Shown here in pieces: positions 25,856 through 38,022 of a DNA stretch of 64,000 bases. The notes beneath the pieces were generated by a model, which saw nothing but the letters and a program-made list of their open reading frames with translations, made no database searches and was not told the DNA's origin. The stretch is from Paraspadella gotoi (Eukaryota > Animalia > Chaetognatha): NCBI GenBank assembly GCA_051294375.1, contig CM119263.1, positions 11,695,130 to 11,759,129 on the forward strand. The letters are read 5' to 3'. Made by a program: the position numbers and the translations under genes. Numbering within the stretch: position 1 is the first letter of the stretch; every line of letters starts with the position of its first letter.

Positions 25856-28805
25856 TCTCTCTCTCTCTCTCTCTCTCCTGTGCAGGCAGCAATAAGTAGG
25901 TTTTTCGGTTTTTGGTGTTTGACGCTTTTTGTAATCTCAGTCGCCTCTACTTGACTGTTGATGCAATGCAATAATCTGTCAGTAAACGACATTTGCAAAG
26001 GACGACGAAGTCAAAAACTGCTCCATTTCCAAGAAGGATAAGGACATTTCCTCCCAAAAAGATCAAATCATAAAGTAAAGTGCGAAGCGAGTGGACTGTG
26101 GAGTGTGGAGTGTGGAGTGTGGAGGTAATAAGGGGTTACATTCACGCGAAAAACAAAACGCACAAATTACATCCATTTTTATTCATTACTCGATTTTAAT
26201 TAACACTGGCCGATTAACGTTTTTTTTCAAAACTTTCTCTCTCACTCTCACTCTCTCTCTCTCTCTCATCCTCTCTCTCTCTCTCCTCTTCACTCTGCGG
26301 AGCTACTTGCGATCGACGGAGCGGTTTGCCCGGTCGTACTGCCCTCTTCGTCTCTCTCTCTCTCATTCACTTTGACTTTCTCTTATCTTCTTCTGCATCA
26401 TCAAAACAACAAAGAAGAAGAAAAAGTGAGTTTCCCTCCTTCCTGGACGCTCATCAGCAATAAAAACTCGGGACACACCTCCTCGATACGAAGCGGGGCG
26501 TCCCGTCCTGGGCCGGCCACTGGTGCAAAAGGAGCTCCCTCGCGCAGGAGGCGACGCGTCACCGCTTCCGCGTTACCACTGCGAAGTTCGCGTTGCTATG
26601 GCTACGAATCATAATATGTTTCGGATAAGGACCAGGTGACGAGTTATCGCACTCCATGCGCTCACGGTTTATTATTGTTGTGCGGTTGTGCAAGTAGATT
26701 TGTTCACTGACGCGGCACGCTCAGAAGTGGCCGGTTTAGTCCTGCGAGTTGCGTCTGTAGCGCTGAGGGCCGAAGCAGAGTTCCTTTCTGAATCTTTTAA
26801 AAATTTTAAGGATCGCTGCAGTATCGCATATACGCGAGCGCTGAAGTTCGTTTTGAGGCGTTTGAGCGGGATCGCTCGTTAACGAATAGTAACCGTGAGA
26901 TAGAAGAGCTCCGTTTCCGGGAGTCCGATGCAACACTTCGGCGTCGCGTAAAGATGGTTTAAGTTTTCTATGTTTACTATTGCGTAGTCTCGATACGGTC
27001 GCCGCCAAGGGCGTGGGTTTCCGCGAGACATACCATGTGCCGGTGACGACGGCGTAGGGGAACTAGGGTGCGCCTTGCTTCGGCGGCCGGAGATACCGTG
27101 CTGCTGCCGTGGCAGACGGACGACGGCCAGCGGGATCTCTCACTTCGGAAGCGATTGTAGTGCGCCAGGAGATTGTTCCTACACAGACAAGTTTCCGTGT
27201 TGATGGTTTCTCCTTTCTTGTTTTTCGTTAAACGTTAAACTTTGTGCCGTTACACGTACAATACACAAACGAAAGGGCCAAAGACATCAAAATTGTCTCG
27301 GATCGCAGAATTTTACAAATGTTGAAATGAGAAAAAGTAGCTGTCAGGAAGGGGAGAACATAATTTAGGGAAGGAAGATACGGAAGTGAGAGAGAGAGAG
27401 GAGAGAAAGAGGAGAGAGAGAGCAGAGAGAGAGAGAAGAACGAGTTTCGTTATTATATATTATTAGAAGTTATAAGAATAGATTATTCAGGCAACTAGGA
27501 TCCTTTTGTTGCCAGTCATTTGTCCTACACATTCAACTCTTTTCTCTCAACTCTATCTCTCAACGTGCAAGCTCTCACTTTCTCTTCTGCTCTCATCTCT
27601 CTCTCGTATCGGAGGCGTCCGTCCACTTCTCTTCTCTCTCTCTCTCTCTTCTCTCTCTCTCTGCTCTCTCGTCTCTCTCCTCGCTCTCTCTCATCTCTTA
27701 TTTCTCTGGATTCTATAATATTCTTTCTTATTCATGATTATCTCTTAGTTATTTTTTTACCGGTTCTGTTTGTTTTAAAACACGGCTTTTTTCCCCCCCG
27801 CTCCCTTCTCACGCTCAAAAAAAGGTAAACCTCCATGAAGAAACAAGAGAGAAGCAGAGATGAGAAGAGAGAGGTAGAGCGACAAAGAAAGTGCGCGGGA
27901 AATTTAATTTCAAAGTTTTTGATTGTTGGATCTGGATTTTTGTGATGATGAGATGATGAATGATGACGAGAAAAATAAAACCCTTGAATATTTCAGGACT
28001 TTTAGTTTGCTGAAGGCAGAAAAGCGTGAGCGAAGCAAAGTAGCCGGTCGTATTCCTGACGAAGGTTCTGTTTGTCGCCTTGGTCCGTTTTTCCAGATTT
28101 TGTTTGGTCTTTTTTACTAGAATGAGAAGGCACACGAAGGTGGAGATCTCACTCGTCGTTCCCTGCTGGGATAGAAGTTGCCAAGAGAGTCGGACCAGCT
28201 ATTTTATATATTCCGCAAACCGGTCTGACGATTAAAGCATGCGTCTGGCATTTACGTTCTTGTTTCGCGTCTTGAACAACAGACAATACTGGGAGGTCCA
28301 GAGAGGTTCATGTAAAAGTAGCAAACAATATATTCGGCGTTTCCGTGAGCGATTGCGGCGAGACGCTGGTCTATGGTTCTATAATCCATTTGATGCCATA
28401 ACTGAAAACAAATAATGAAATAGGAAGTTGCGGCTGTCGTTTTCGCGTTAAAAATGACTAAAAAAACGACGACGACGTTCTTTCGAAGGGATGTTTCATA
28501 TGTCTCTTCTGTATGTGTATATATATATGTATCATTAAAATTAGCACAATTAGAAAATACTAGTGAGTAGTGATAGTAGATACATTTGTGAGAACAACTG
28601 TAATTCAACAAGGCAGAGGATGATGAAAGTAAACCTACAGCTGATACGAGGGCCAAAGAAATAAAGAGAGAAAAGGTAATAATAAGAAAAGCCAGAACAT
28701 ATGAAAACTGAAAAGAACAACAATAGGGACGTCATTCGCCAAAGCGGGTAAAGTGAAAAGGGGAGGGAGAAGAGAGAGATGAGAGAGAGAGAGACGAGAG
28801 AGGAG

Positions 28806-28842
<37 letters not shown>

Positions 28843-28974
28843 GCCAGAAAGGAGGGAGAAAGAGAAGATTGAGGGGGAGTGTAGAGAGGACACACGGGTA
28901 GAGAAAAACAAGAGAGAGAGAGAGACGAGAGAGAGAGAGAGAGAAGGAGCAGAGAGATGAGAGGGAAGAGAGCC

Positions 28975-29007
<33 letters not shown>

Positions 29008-29635
29008 CGAGAGAGAAGAGAGATAGAGAAGCCCAAAAGGAGCTGAGAAGAAAAGTGAGGAGAGTGAGCGACAAGAGGGTAAATAAAAAAAGAGAGGGCG
29101 AGGAGAGAAGAGAGAGAGAGAGAGAGGAGAGAGAGGAGAGGAGAGAGAAGTAGAAGAGAGCAGAGAGAGAGAGAGAGACGAGAGAGAGAGAGATAACGGT
29201 ACCCAGGATGAGGGCGGGGAAAGATGTGTATGTGTTATGTATTGTATGTATATATTGTAGACGACGTTAACGTCAAAAAACGCAAATTGCGAAACGAACG
29301 TCGCCGAGCAACTCTGGCTCGTCGCGCCGGGCGCGCTGTTCTCTTTTTCTTTTTTCTGGAGATGCTTGTGAGGGATGTATAGCGGACGCCGGAACTATGT
29401 AGAGAGACTGTGGACAGTTTTGGGGATCTTTAAAAAGAAGTAGAGTTTTGAATGCTAAAGAATCTTAATTTAAAAATACTTTTTTAGTGTGTTGAGGAGA
29501 TGTGGAAGTCGGTTGACAAGATTTTTTTGTTATAAAAAGGAGAAAATATAAGAAATTCGAAGCGGGAAATGGCGACAGAAAACAAAAATTGAAAGGGAAG
29601 GGGGAAAGAGAGAGAGATGAGAGAGAGAGAGAAGA

Positions 29636-29675
<40 letters not shown>

Positions 29676-31370
29676 AGAGACGAGAGAGAGAGAAGGAGAG
29701 AGAGAGGTTTAAGAGAAAAAGATAGGAAAAAGAGGCCGGAAACGCGAAGCGGTACGCGCCGCGCGCACGCGCATAGACGCGCGCAGCCAACGAGTCGCGC
29801 ACGTGGATTAGTATAATTGAATTTCTCCGTGGCGAAAAAGGGGGAAAAAAAAGCCGAAAGAGGAGTTGGAAAAAGAAAAAGCTCTAGAGGTAGGAAAGAA
29901 AGGGATAGCAGAGGGGAAAAGAGAGAAAAGAAAAAAAGGAGGAAGGGTGATTTGAAAGGACGAGGAAATGGGGAGGAGAAAGTTTTGTGGCTAAGGCGGC
30001 GGAAAGAGATAAGAAGGCGAAAGGTCGAAAGAAAAAAAAAACGGGCGAGCAATGCGCCATGAGGACTCCATAAAGGAAAAGAAAGTTTTTTTCATATTGA
30101 ATTATATCTTTTTTTTTTTTATAACTCCTAATGAAGGTAGGAATAATTAATATTTAGTCTTAAGAAAAAAAAATTGAAACTATATTTCTATTCAATCCTG
30201 TCGGTGATTGATCTAGAATAGATGTCCTCGGCCGCTGGTAAGTCTCGATAAAAGGAACAGTTTTGAGCAAAGCAATGTCGGATCTGCCTACGAATAATTA
30301 ATTATCCTAATTGATTAATTAATTAATTAATATTATGTAATTAAATTAATAGATTAATTAATTATTAATTAATGAGATTAGATTATAAATTTTATATTCA
30401 GCTTTTGTCATCATCGATATCCTTAAAAGTTGAAGTCAGGACATGTTATTAAATGTTTTCGTTTACATTTTATCAAAAACGAACAAAATATCCTCTATTA
30501 TCGAGCCAGGCGGGCAAAGCCCGTCCGTCATAGATTTTTTTTCGGTTTAGCTTCGGTCTCGCTTTTTTGCAATCATGCTTCTGAAAAGTGTGATATCATA
30601 GGGAGTGGAATTTTTCATATATGGCTTTTCTAATGCATCAAGATCTTTTAAAATTCTCATGTTTCATATAAATTGGTATTTGTTTATGTTTTATTTAACA
30701 AAACAAAAACGTTTTAATTATATGGTGCTTCTCTCTCTCTCTCTATTTCTCCGTCACTGCTTCTTCTAAAAACGAGTTCCGGCTCTGCATGGCGTCTGTC
30801 CAGCTTCTTCTCTCTCACTCTCTCTCTTCTCTCTCTCTCTTTCTCTCTCTCGTTTTTTTTTTACAAAAAATTTTTTAGATATAATGTGGGTTCACTAATG
30901 TAAAAACGATGCCCGAACAGGCGCGAACCCGGGTCCTTTGGGTAGAGAATAGCTCACGCTACGTGCGGCGCATAGTACTGCTGATTCTTTAACGAGTAAA
31001 GGGGCTGTAGAGCTTCTCTCTCTCTCTCTTTTAATTATTATATATCGCTCTTCTCTTTCTCTTTTTCTCTGCAGCGGCTGTCTCTCTCTCTCTCTCTCTT
31101 TTCTCTTCTCTCTCTGTCTCTCTGTCTCTCTGTGTGTGTCTGTCCCTATCTGTCCGATCTTTTTGCGTGATCGTTTTGTTTTTTGAAAAAATTCTGATTA
31201 TTTTTTCCTTCTAAAAACTTTTTATTATTGCCATTTATTCGCGCCTTTTTTTTCAATAACAAAAATCCCATATTTTCATTCCGAGATTTTCCGTGGATTT
31301 ATTCTCTTTCTTTTCCTCTCTCTCTCTTCTTTTCTCTTCTCTCTTTCTTTTCTCTCTTCTCTTCTCTCCT

Positions 31371-31401
<31 letters not shown>

Positions 31402-31430
31402 TTCACTCCATACACGCATTTGTTGTTTAT

Positions 31431-31562
31431 TGACTATCATCGCATCATGAAATGACAATCATCGCATCATGAATGACAATCATCGCATCAACTGAATGAC
31501 TATCATCACAGCAGTGAATGACTATCATCGCATCAATAATGATTATCATCGAATCAATAAAT
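31431..31562. repeat. ~21-bp minisatellite (gactatcatcgcatcatgaat), about 6 copies
   Basis: Direct reading of the tandem units. Confidence 0.85.
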
Positions 31563-31939
31563 CAATTCCTATTACATCAATAAATTACTATTACATCAAT
31601 CAATTAGTATACCTCAATCAATTACTAGTACATCCAACAATCCGTTATCGCATGATTCATTTTTCTTTTTTTTCCCGGTTTTTTTCATTAATTTTCTATG
31701 ATAGTGGGCTTGGCTCGATCTTGAGGCTTTTAAGATTTTTTTATTTATGTCTCCTTCTCTCTCTCTCTCTCTTCTCAGCTCTCTCTCTTCTCTCTCACTC
31801 TCTCTCTTCTCTTCACTCTCTCTTTCTCTCTCTCTCTTCTCTCTCTCTTTTTATGGCAATAGCGAGGATCTTATGCTTTTAAGATTTTTTTAACTTGCAT
31901 CATTTTTTCAACTTGCATAATTTTTTCAACTTGCATTCG

Positions 31940-32825
31940 CGTCAAACGTTTATATCTAGCTTCTTCACTCACTTTCCTACCGGGCTCACAAAATTTCATC
32001 TCAATCTATCATGGGTTAAAATAATAAAAAGATTCAAGTAAATGTGACCTATTTTTTCATTTAAACTCATTTTCCACTGGTACGTTTCCACTGAAACTTT
32101 ATATCAAGCTTCGTCATACGTTTTCCTACCACACACAAATTTCAACTCAATCTATCCATCCAATTATGATTAATAGGAGTATTTATTGGTTAAAATAGTA
32201 AAAAGATTTTAGTAATTCGACTTATGTTTTTTCCATTTAAACTAATTTCCACTCACACGATTCCACGAAATTTTATACCAGCTTTATCACACACTTTCCT
32301 ACCCACACACAAATTTATTCCAATCCAACCAGCAATCACGAAGTTATTGGAGCTTTTTGCTAAGATGGACGGATGGACGGATGATTGAATAATTATTAAT
32401 TATTGATTAATTTATTTTACTAATTGATTAATTAACTGATTAATCATTTTGATTCATTAATACATCCTGCAGATTCATTTAATATAAAGGAAAAGAAGCA
32501 TAATCAATTAGTAAACAGGTTTTTTGTTTTTTTTCCATTAAACTCATTTCACTCAAATATTCCATCGAAACTTGATTTCCTGTTCAATCACACACTTTCC
32601 TACCACATACAAATTCCAGGTCAATCAGCCTCCACTCATGAGCAATTGGTGTTCAAATAGTGAATATATTTTTTTTGTTTTTTCCATTTAAACTCATTTT
32701 CCCACTCGGACGATTCCATCGAAACTTAATATCCAGCTCAATCACACACTTACCTATCCACACACAAAAATTTCATTTTAAATCCATCCATCCAATCACG
32801 AGTTATTGGTGTTTTTTGCTAAGTG
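31940..32825. repeat. Tandem array of 4-5 diverged ~150-175-bp units
   Basis: ttttccatttaaactcatttt(c)cact...cacactttcctacc...cacaaattt recurs at ~32052, 32227, 32530 and 32677, with a partial unit at ~31950. Confidence 0.85.
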
Positions 32826-34125
32826 GGACGACGGACGGACGGACGGACGGACGGACAGACGGAAGGACGGACATCATTTTTTTGCATAATTTATCATAAT
32901 TCGATGTCTGACATGATATAGAGTGTGCCCGACAATATTGAGGGGGCGGACCGACGACCGAAAAAGTGGTTATAAAAAGTGAGTTATAGAGTCGGGATCT
33001 GCTGATAAGCAGATCGACCTAAAAAAAAGAGCGAACATGAGTGAAAGAAGTTCTCGTCGTCGAAGGAATGGTGACGCGTGGAGATTCCACGTGCGACAGG
33101 TGCGAAATTATGAGTTAAATGGATGGGGCAGGGTAAAGATGCGAGAGGGGTATGAGCGAGTGTGGAGCGTGAGTGTTGGGATGAAAGAAATGGAATGGGA
33201 GATGGGCTTGTGAAGATAGGTTGCGAGCGCGGTGAATACTAACCAATTACGAGGGTCCTGAGACATCGACGACTCTTCACGGCTTTTTCAATAGAGATGA
33301 TCGTGACGAGAAATCTCTCATCAGTCTCCACTTCAGCTTAATCTGGGGCACGGAGAACTGTCAGTAGCACGCTTCCGTGTAGAAAGCGTTTTTATAATTG
33401 ACTTAGAAGTACATATAAGTTAAATGTAATATTATTTTACAAATGTGGCGGAGAGGGCAATTCTAGGTTTACGAAACTAATTTAACCTGTTAAAAACTTA
33501 AAAAAATATAAAGTTACTAAATGTGAATTCTTTATCCTAACTAACTGCGTTTATCACGATCTTTGGAATTCTGCTCGCCAAATTGGCCTGCCGAGAAATC
33601 TCTTGTCACCGAGACAAAAACTGTTCCTCATCTCCCGAGGAGCAGTAATCCATCGCCATCTCCTCACCGACCGGCCGTGCAACGCCTGGCTTTTCCTTGA
33701 CCCAATCCTTTTCCTCAGACCCGAATCTGATCCCGCGATCTCATCTCTGATCCTTTTTTTCAAGTCTGCGCCTTCCGGCGACGCGATTGCGCCCTCCCAC
33801 CTCAACTCTGCCTTACCTCCCTTTTCTCTCGGTGATCGCTCCTCGTTCTGCTTTTTTTTTAAAAGCTCACTTACCTCCCATCGATTGCCTAACCTTTATC
33901 TGTACGTTTATTTCGGTTCTACCCTTTACCACGATCGTACACTTCTTTCTCTCAACTTGCACTACTAGGTTTTTTTTTGTTAGTTTTTTATATACTTTTT
34001 CAATACTTATTAAACCTTTTATATACTGCTACCGACCAAAATCAACTATGGTGATAATAGGTGTATCCAATCTGAGCTGACAAAGTCGATATCTCATGGT
34101 GGTGCTATCTGACGAGCAGTCAGGC

Positions 34126-34174
<49 letters not shown>

Positions 34175-34509
34175 TAATAATAAAATAATAATATTAATAA
34201 TAGTAATAACTAATATAATAAAATAATATAATAAATAATAATAATAGTAATAACAATAATAATAATAATAATAAAAGACGCGACGCCGAAAAATATGTCC
34301 AAATGGGTTGTAATTAGGAACCGTTTCGCCGCAAAAGGGTTAGAGAAAAAGGGTCGCGTGAGGAAAAAGATAATCCGGGGTGAGCCTGGAGGTGAAGCGC
34401 TTCTTGGCCGTCTCGTGTCACTCCCTCGGAGAACAGGCGAGAGGAGGAAGAGGAAAAGAGGAAAACAGATAAATAGGTGGCCGCATCCTACGGACTAGTT
34501 TCTTTATGT

Positions 34510-36078
34510 ATCTTTATTTTAGAACGAAGTATTAATTCACTAGAATTACATAAATACTAGTTGATTTCTTATTTCTTCACTTGAGTAATGAATACATCTT
34601 TTTGAATAACAACTAACGTTTTGTGGCTATGAGTGTAAATGCTCTTTTAATAGATACGGCTGAATTTCTATGCTTTCAAAATACGGTAAGACATGATTTC
34701 TTTTACGACAATCATTCTAATTACGGTATCTGACATACTAAAATGAAACTAAAAGATTTTTCATGGTAAGGGGAACTTTTTAAGATTAAATTGCTCGTCA
34801 GATCTATCGCGTTTTTTAATGAATATACTACTGCTTAGGCAAAACAATGGCACGGTATTTTTAAAACTGTTTTCCTTTTTTTATCCACTATTTTTCTCTC
34901 TTGAATCTTTCTCTGTCTCTTTCTTTCTCTCTTTCTCTCTGTCTTTCTCTCCCTTTCTCATACTTTCTGTCCTCATATTTCTGTGTCATCCCTTCTTTTC
35001 TTCCTTAACCTTTATTCCCTCCTCTTCAATCTCTGTTTTTCTCTCCCTCTCTGATTCTCTTTCCTCCCTGTTTCTTATCTTTCTTTTCTCTCAATTGTTC
35101 TCGTTCCCCCCCTCTCCCCATATCATTAATTCTTCCACTCCTTCTCCCTCTCCTTTTCAATTTTTTTTCATCCATTCTCTTTCTTCTCTCATCTTTTTCT
35201 CATCTCACTCATTTTTTGCATCATATCATACTGGATGTATAAAAATCTTTAAAATGTAATGTAAGAAAAAAAAGATCTAGGGTAGTGTATGATTTTTAGC
35301 GGAAGTTTTTTTTGGTTGCCAAGCAGATTAAAAATCGACAGATTTTTGCGGAAATTTTTTCCGCAAAAAACCTGTCGATTGAGAGAAATTAATCTGCTGA
35401 CGTTCCCCTTTCAAAAAAGAAGGCGGTTTTTTTAATTCGTCAACTTTAGTATGTTTCTCAGCTATTAAACTATAAAATAAGTCCAAAACGAGTTTTAGTT
35501 CAAGTAAAAACGCACCTCACAAATCCTCACAAATTAAAAGTTGGCTTAAAAATTTTTTTTCCAGCTAAAGTATTAAATATTTTGCCTAATTTTTTAGGGT
35601 ACCAGAAGCACCAACAATGGGGAATATTTGATTAGAATTGTGGGACATTTTGAGTATTTTCGTTTAACAAATTGTAATAAAATGTAAAATGGAAGTTTTT
35701 GCTAGTCATTTAAAATTAATCATAGGCAAACAATAATGATTAACATCAAATGAACCAACTCAGAGGTAAAGAAGATAAGAAGGACCCGAAAGCCAAGTAA
35801 AAAAATTTTCTTCAATGATCTTGGCATTCAAATCTCAAGACAAAAGTCAAAATGGACAAAAATGGACATAATTTTTTTTATTAAAAGTAGCAAAAATGTC
35901 ATTGATCTTAATTAGAAAATGCAGTAGAGGATTTCAATTAATCCGTAGTCTAGCCAACTTTGTCTTAGAGTTAAAATTTAATCATTTTGTGGTAATATTC
36001 TAACAATATTGAAAAAAGTGGTTTTTTGCTAAATTCCTAGATAAAATCACTGCCTATATTATCTTATTTAAGAACGAA
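34510..36078. mobile_element. ~1.55-kb insertion flanked by a near-direct repeat (putative target-site duplication)
   Basis: tctttattttagaacgaa at 34511 and tcttatttaagaacgaa at 36062; the mirror arm has one copy and lacks the interval. Internal hairpin at ~35333-35380. Confidence 0.5.
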
Positions 36079-36843
36079 ATTGCATGGTAGCATACATGTT
36101 GTACCTATTCTCACTGATATGAATCAGTTGTGAATCAATCAACTCGCTTTTTATTGATGTAAAATTGGTACATGTAATAAGTGTGAATGTTAGTGTAATT
36201 GTTAAGTTGAATATGCTTTTTGTCGTATGCTTCATGCAGACAAATATTAGCGGCAGACGACGATGATTACTTGAAACAAATCATCGGGACCAAAAAGCGA
36301 CACCAAAAATGGTTATAACCCCTTTGTACCATTTTACAGTATCTTCACGGCTAAAGACTGTAAAATGTTCTAATAATAATCGTTGTCTTTGATTACGTGT
36401 GAGAAAGACAAGAGAGAGAAATAGAGAGAGAGAGAGAAGAGAGAGAGATGAGAGAGAGAAGAGAAAGAGAGAGAGTAGAGAGAGAGAGAGAGAGAAGAGA
36501 GCGGCTTCGTACATCGTCTCTAATTGGCATTTTTATTCAACGCTTCCTTAAATCGTCGTTGCTGTCGGTCGTCGTCGTCGTCGTCATTCTCATCGATGTT
36601 GACAAAAGAAACATTGAGGAGAAAGGAAGCATGAAGGGATGAAGCCTTTTCAAAGCAAGGCGATTTAGCAGTCGACATAATTGCTCCATCGGGCAAACGC
36701 GAGAAGATTTTAACTTTCGATTTTTAAATCGAGCAATTTGCGATTCTAAATTCCTTTTTATTTATTTTTTTTTTTTTTTAATTTGTCGCTAGCATTTTGT
36801 GACGTTAATAGAAATATTATTTTGATATTTAAATTGAAAAAGA

Positions 36844-36868
36844 NNNNNNNNNNNNNNNNNNNNNNNNN
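36844..36868. other. Assembly gap (25 N)
   Basis: N run. Confidence 1.
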
Positions 36869-37986
36869 AAAAGCAATAGGGATCGAGCCGCTTTCGAATT
36901 AACGTCACAAAATGCTAGCGACAAATTAAAAAATAAATAAATAAAAAGGAATTTAAATCGAAAATTGCTCGATTTAAAAATCGAAAGTTAAAAATCTTTC
37001 TCGCGTTTGCCCGATGGACCAATTATGTCGACTGCGAAATCGCCTCGCTTTGAAAAGGCTTCATCCCTTCATGCTTCCTTTCTCCTCAATGTTTTCTTTT
37101 GTCAAACATCGATGAGAATGACGACGACGACGACGACGACAGCAACGACGATTTAAGGAAGCGTTGATAAAAATGCCAATTAGAGACGATGACGAAGCCC
37201 GCTCTCTCTCTCTCTTCTGTCTTCCTCTCTCGTCTTCTCTCTCATCTCTCTTCTCTCTCTCTCTCTCTCTACATCGTTACTCTCTCTCATCCTCATCTCT
37301 CTCTCATCATCTCTCCTCTTCTCTCTCTCTATTTTCTCTCTCTTGCTTTCTCACAGCGTAACAAAGAAACAATTATTTTAGACATTTTTAACAGTCTTTA
37401 GCGCTGTAGATACTGTAAAGTCGGCTAACCAAAAAGGGACGTATAACCCATTTTGTGTCGCTTTTTGGTCCCGATGATTTTTTCAAGTAATCATCGTCGT
37501 CTGACCCTCTAATATTTGTTCTGCATGCAAAACATACGACAAAAAAGCATATTGCAAATTAACACTTACACTAACATTACACTTATTACAGTACACTTTA
37601 CATCAATAAAAAGGCGAGTTGATTGATTCACAACTGATTCATATCAGTGAGAATAGGCACAACAACATGTATGCTACCAATGTCAGATTTCGTTCTTAAA
37701 TAAGAAAATATAAGAAAACTAGTCCGTAGGATGGCGCCACCTTTTATTCTGTTTTCCCTCTTTCCTCTTCCTCCTCTCGCCTGTTCTCGCCGAGGGAGTG
37801 ACACGAGACGGCCAAGAAGGCGCTTCACCTCAGGCGTCACCCTCGGATTAATCTTTTTCCTCAGCGCGACCTCTTTTTTCTCTAACCCATTTTGTGCGCG
37901 AACGGTTCCTAATTACATTCCAATTTGGAACATATTTTCGGCGTGCGTCTTTTATTATTATTAATTTATTGTTATTACTATTACTA

Positions 37987-38022
<36 letters not shown>

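Larger units (their letters stand above)
30255..33022. mobile_element. Non-autonomous Helentron-associated (HINE/DINE-1-like) element with nested repeats
   Basis: Absent from the mirror arm. gtcggatctgc near the left end and terminal hairpin gatctgct-gata-agcagatc followed by gacctaaaa at the right end; (GGAC)n microsatellite at 32826-32872; internal tandem array of ~150-175-bp units; A-rich insertion site. Confidence 0.6.

Noticed and set aside
30905-30978. tRNA-like stretch on the minus strand (ggacccgggttcgcgcc)
   Set aside because: Only a B-box-like motif; I could not fold a cloverleaf in this noisy region. At most a SINE remnant.
31940-32825. Regularly spaced repeats suggesting a CRISPR-like array
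   Set aside because: Whole units are homologous with no unique spacers, there are no cas genes, and the context is eukaryotic; a TE-internal tandem array.
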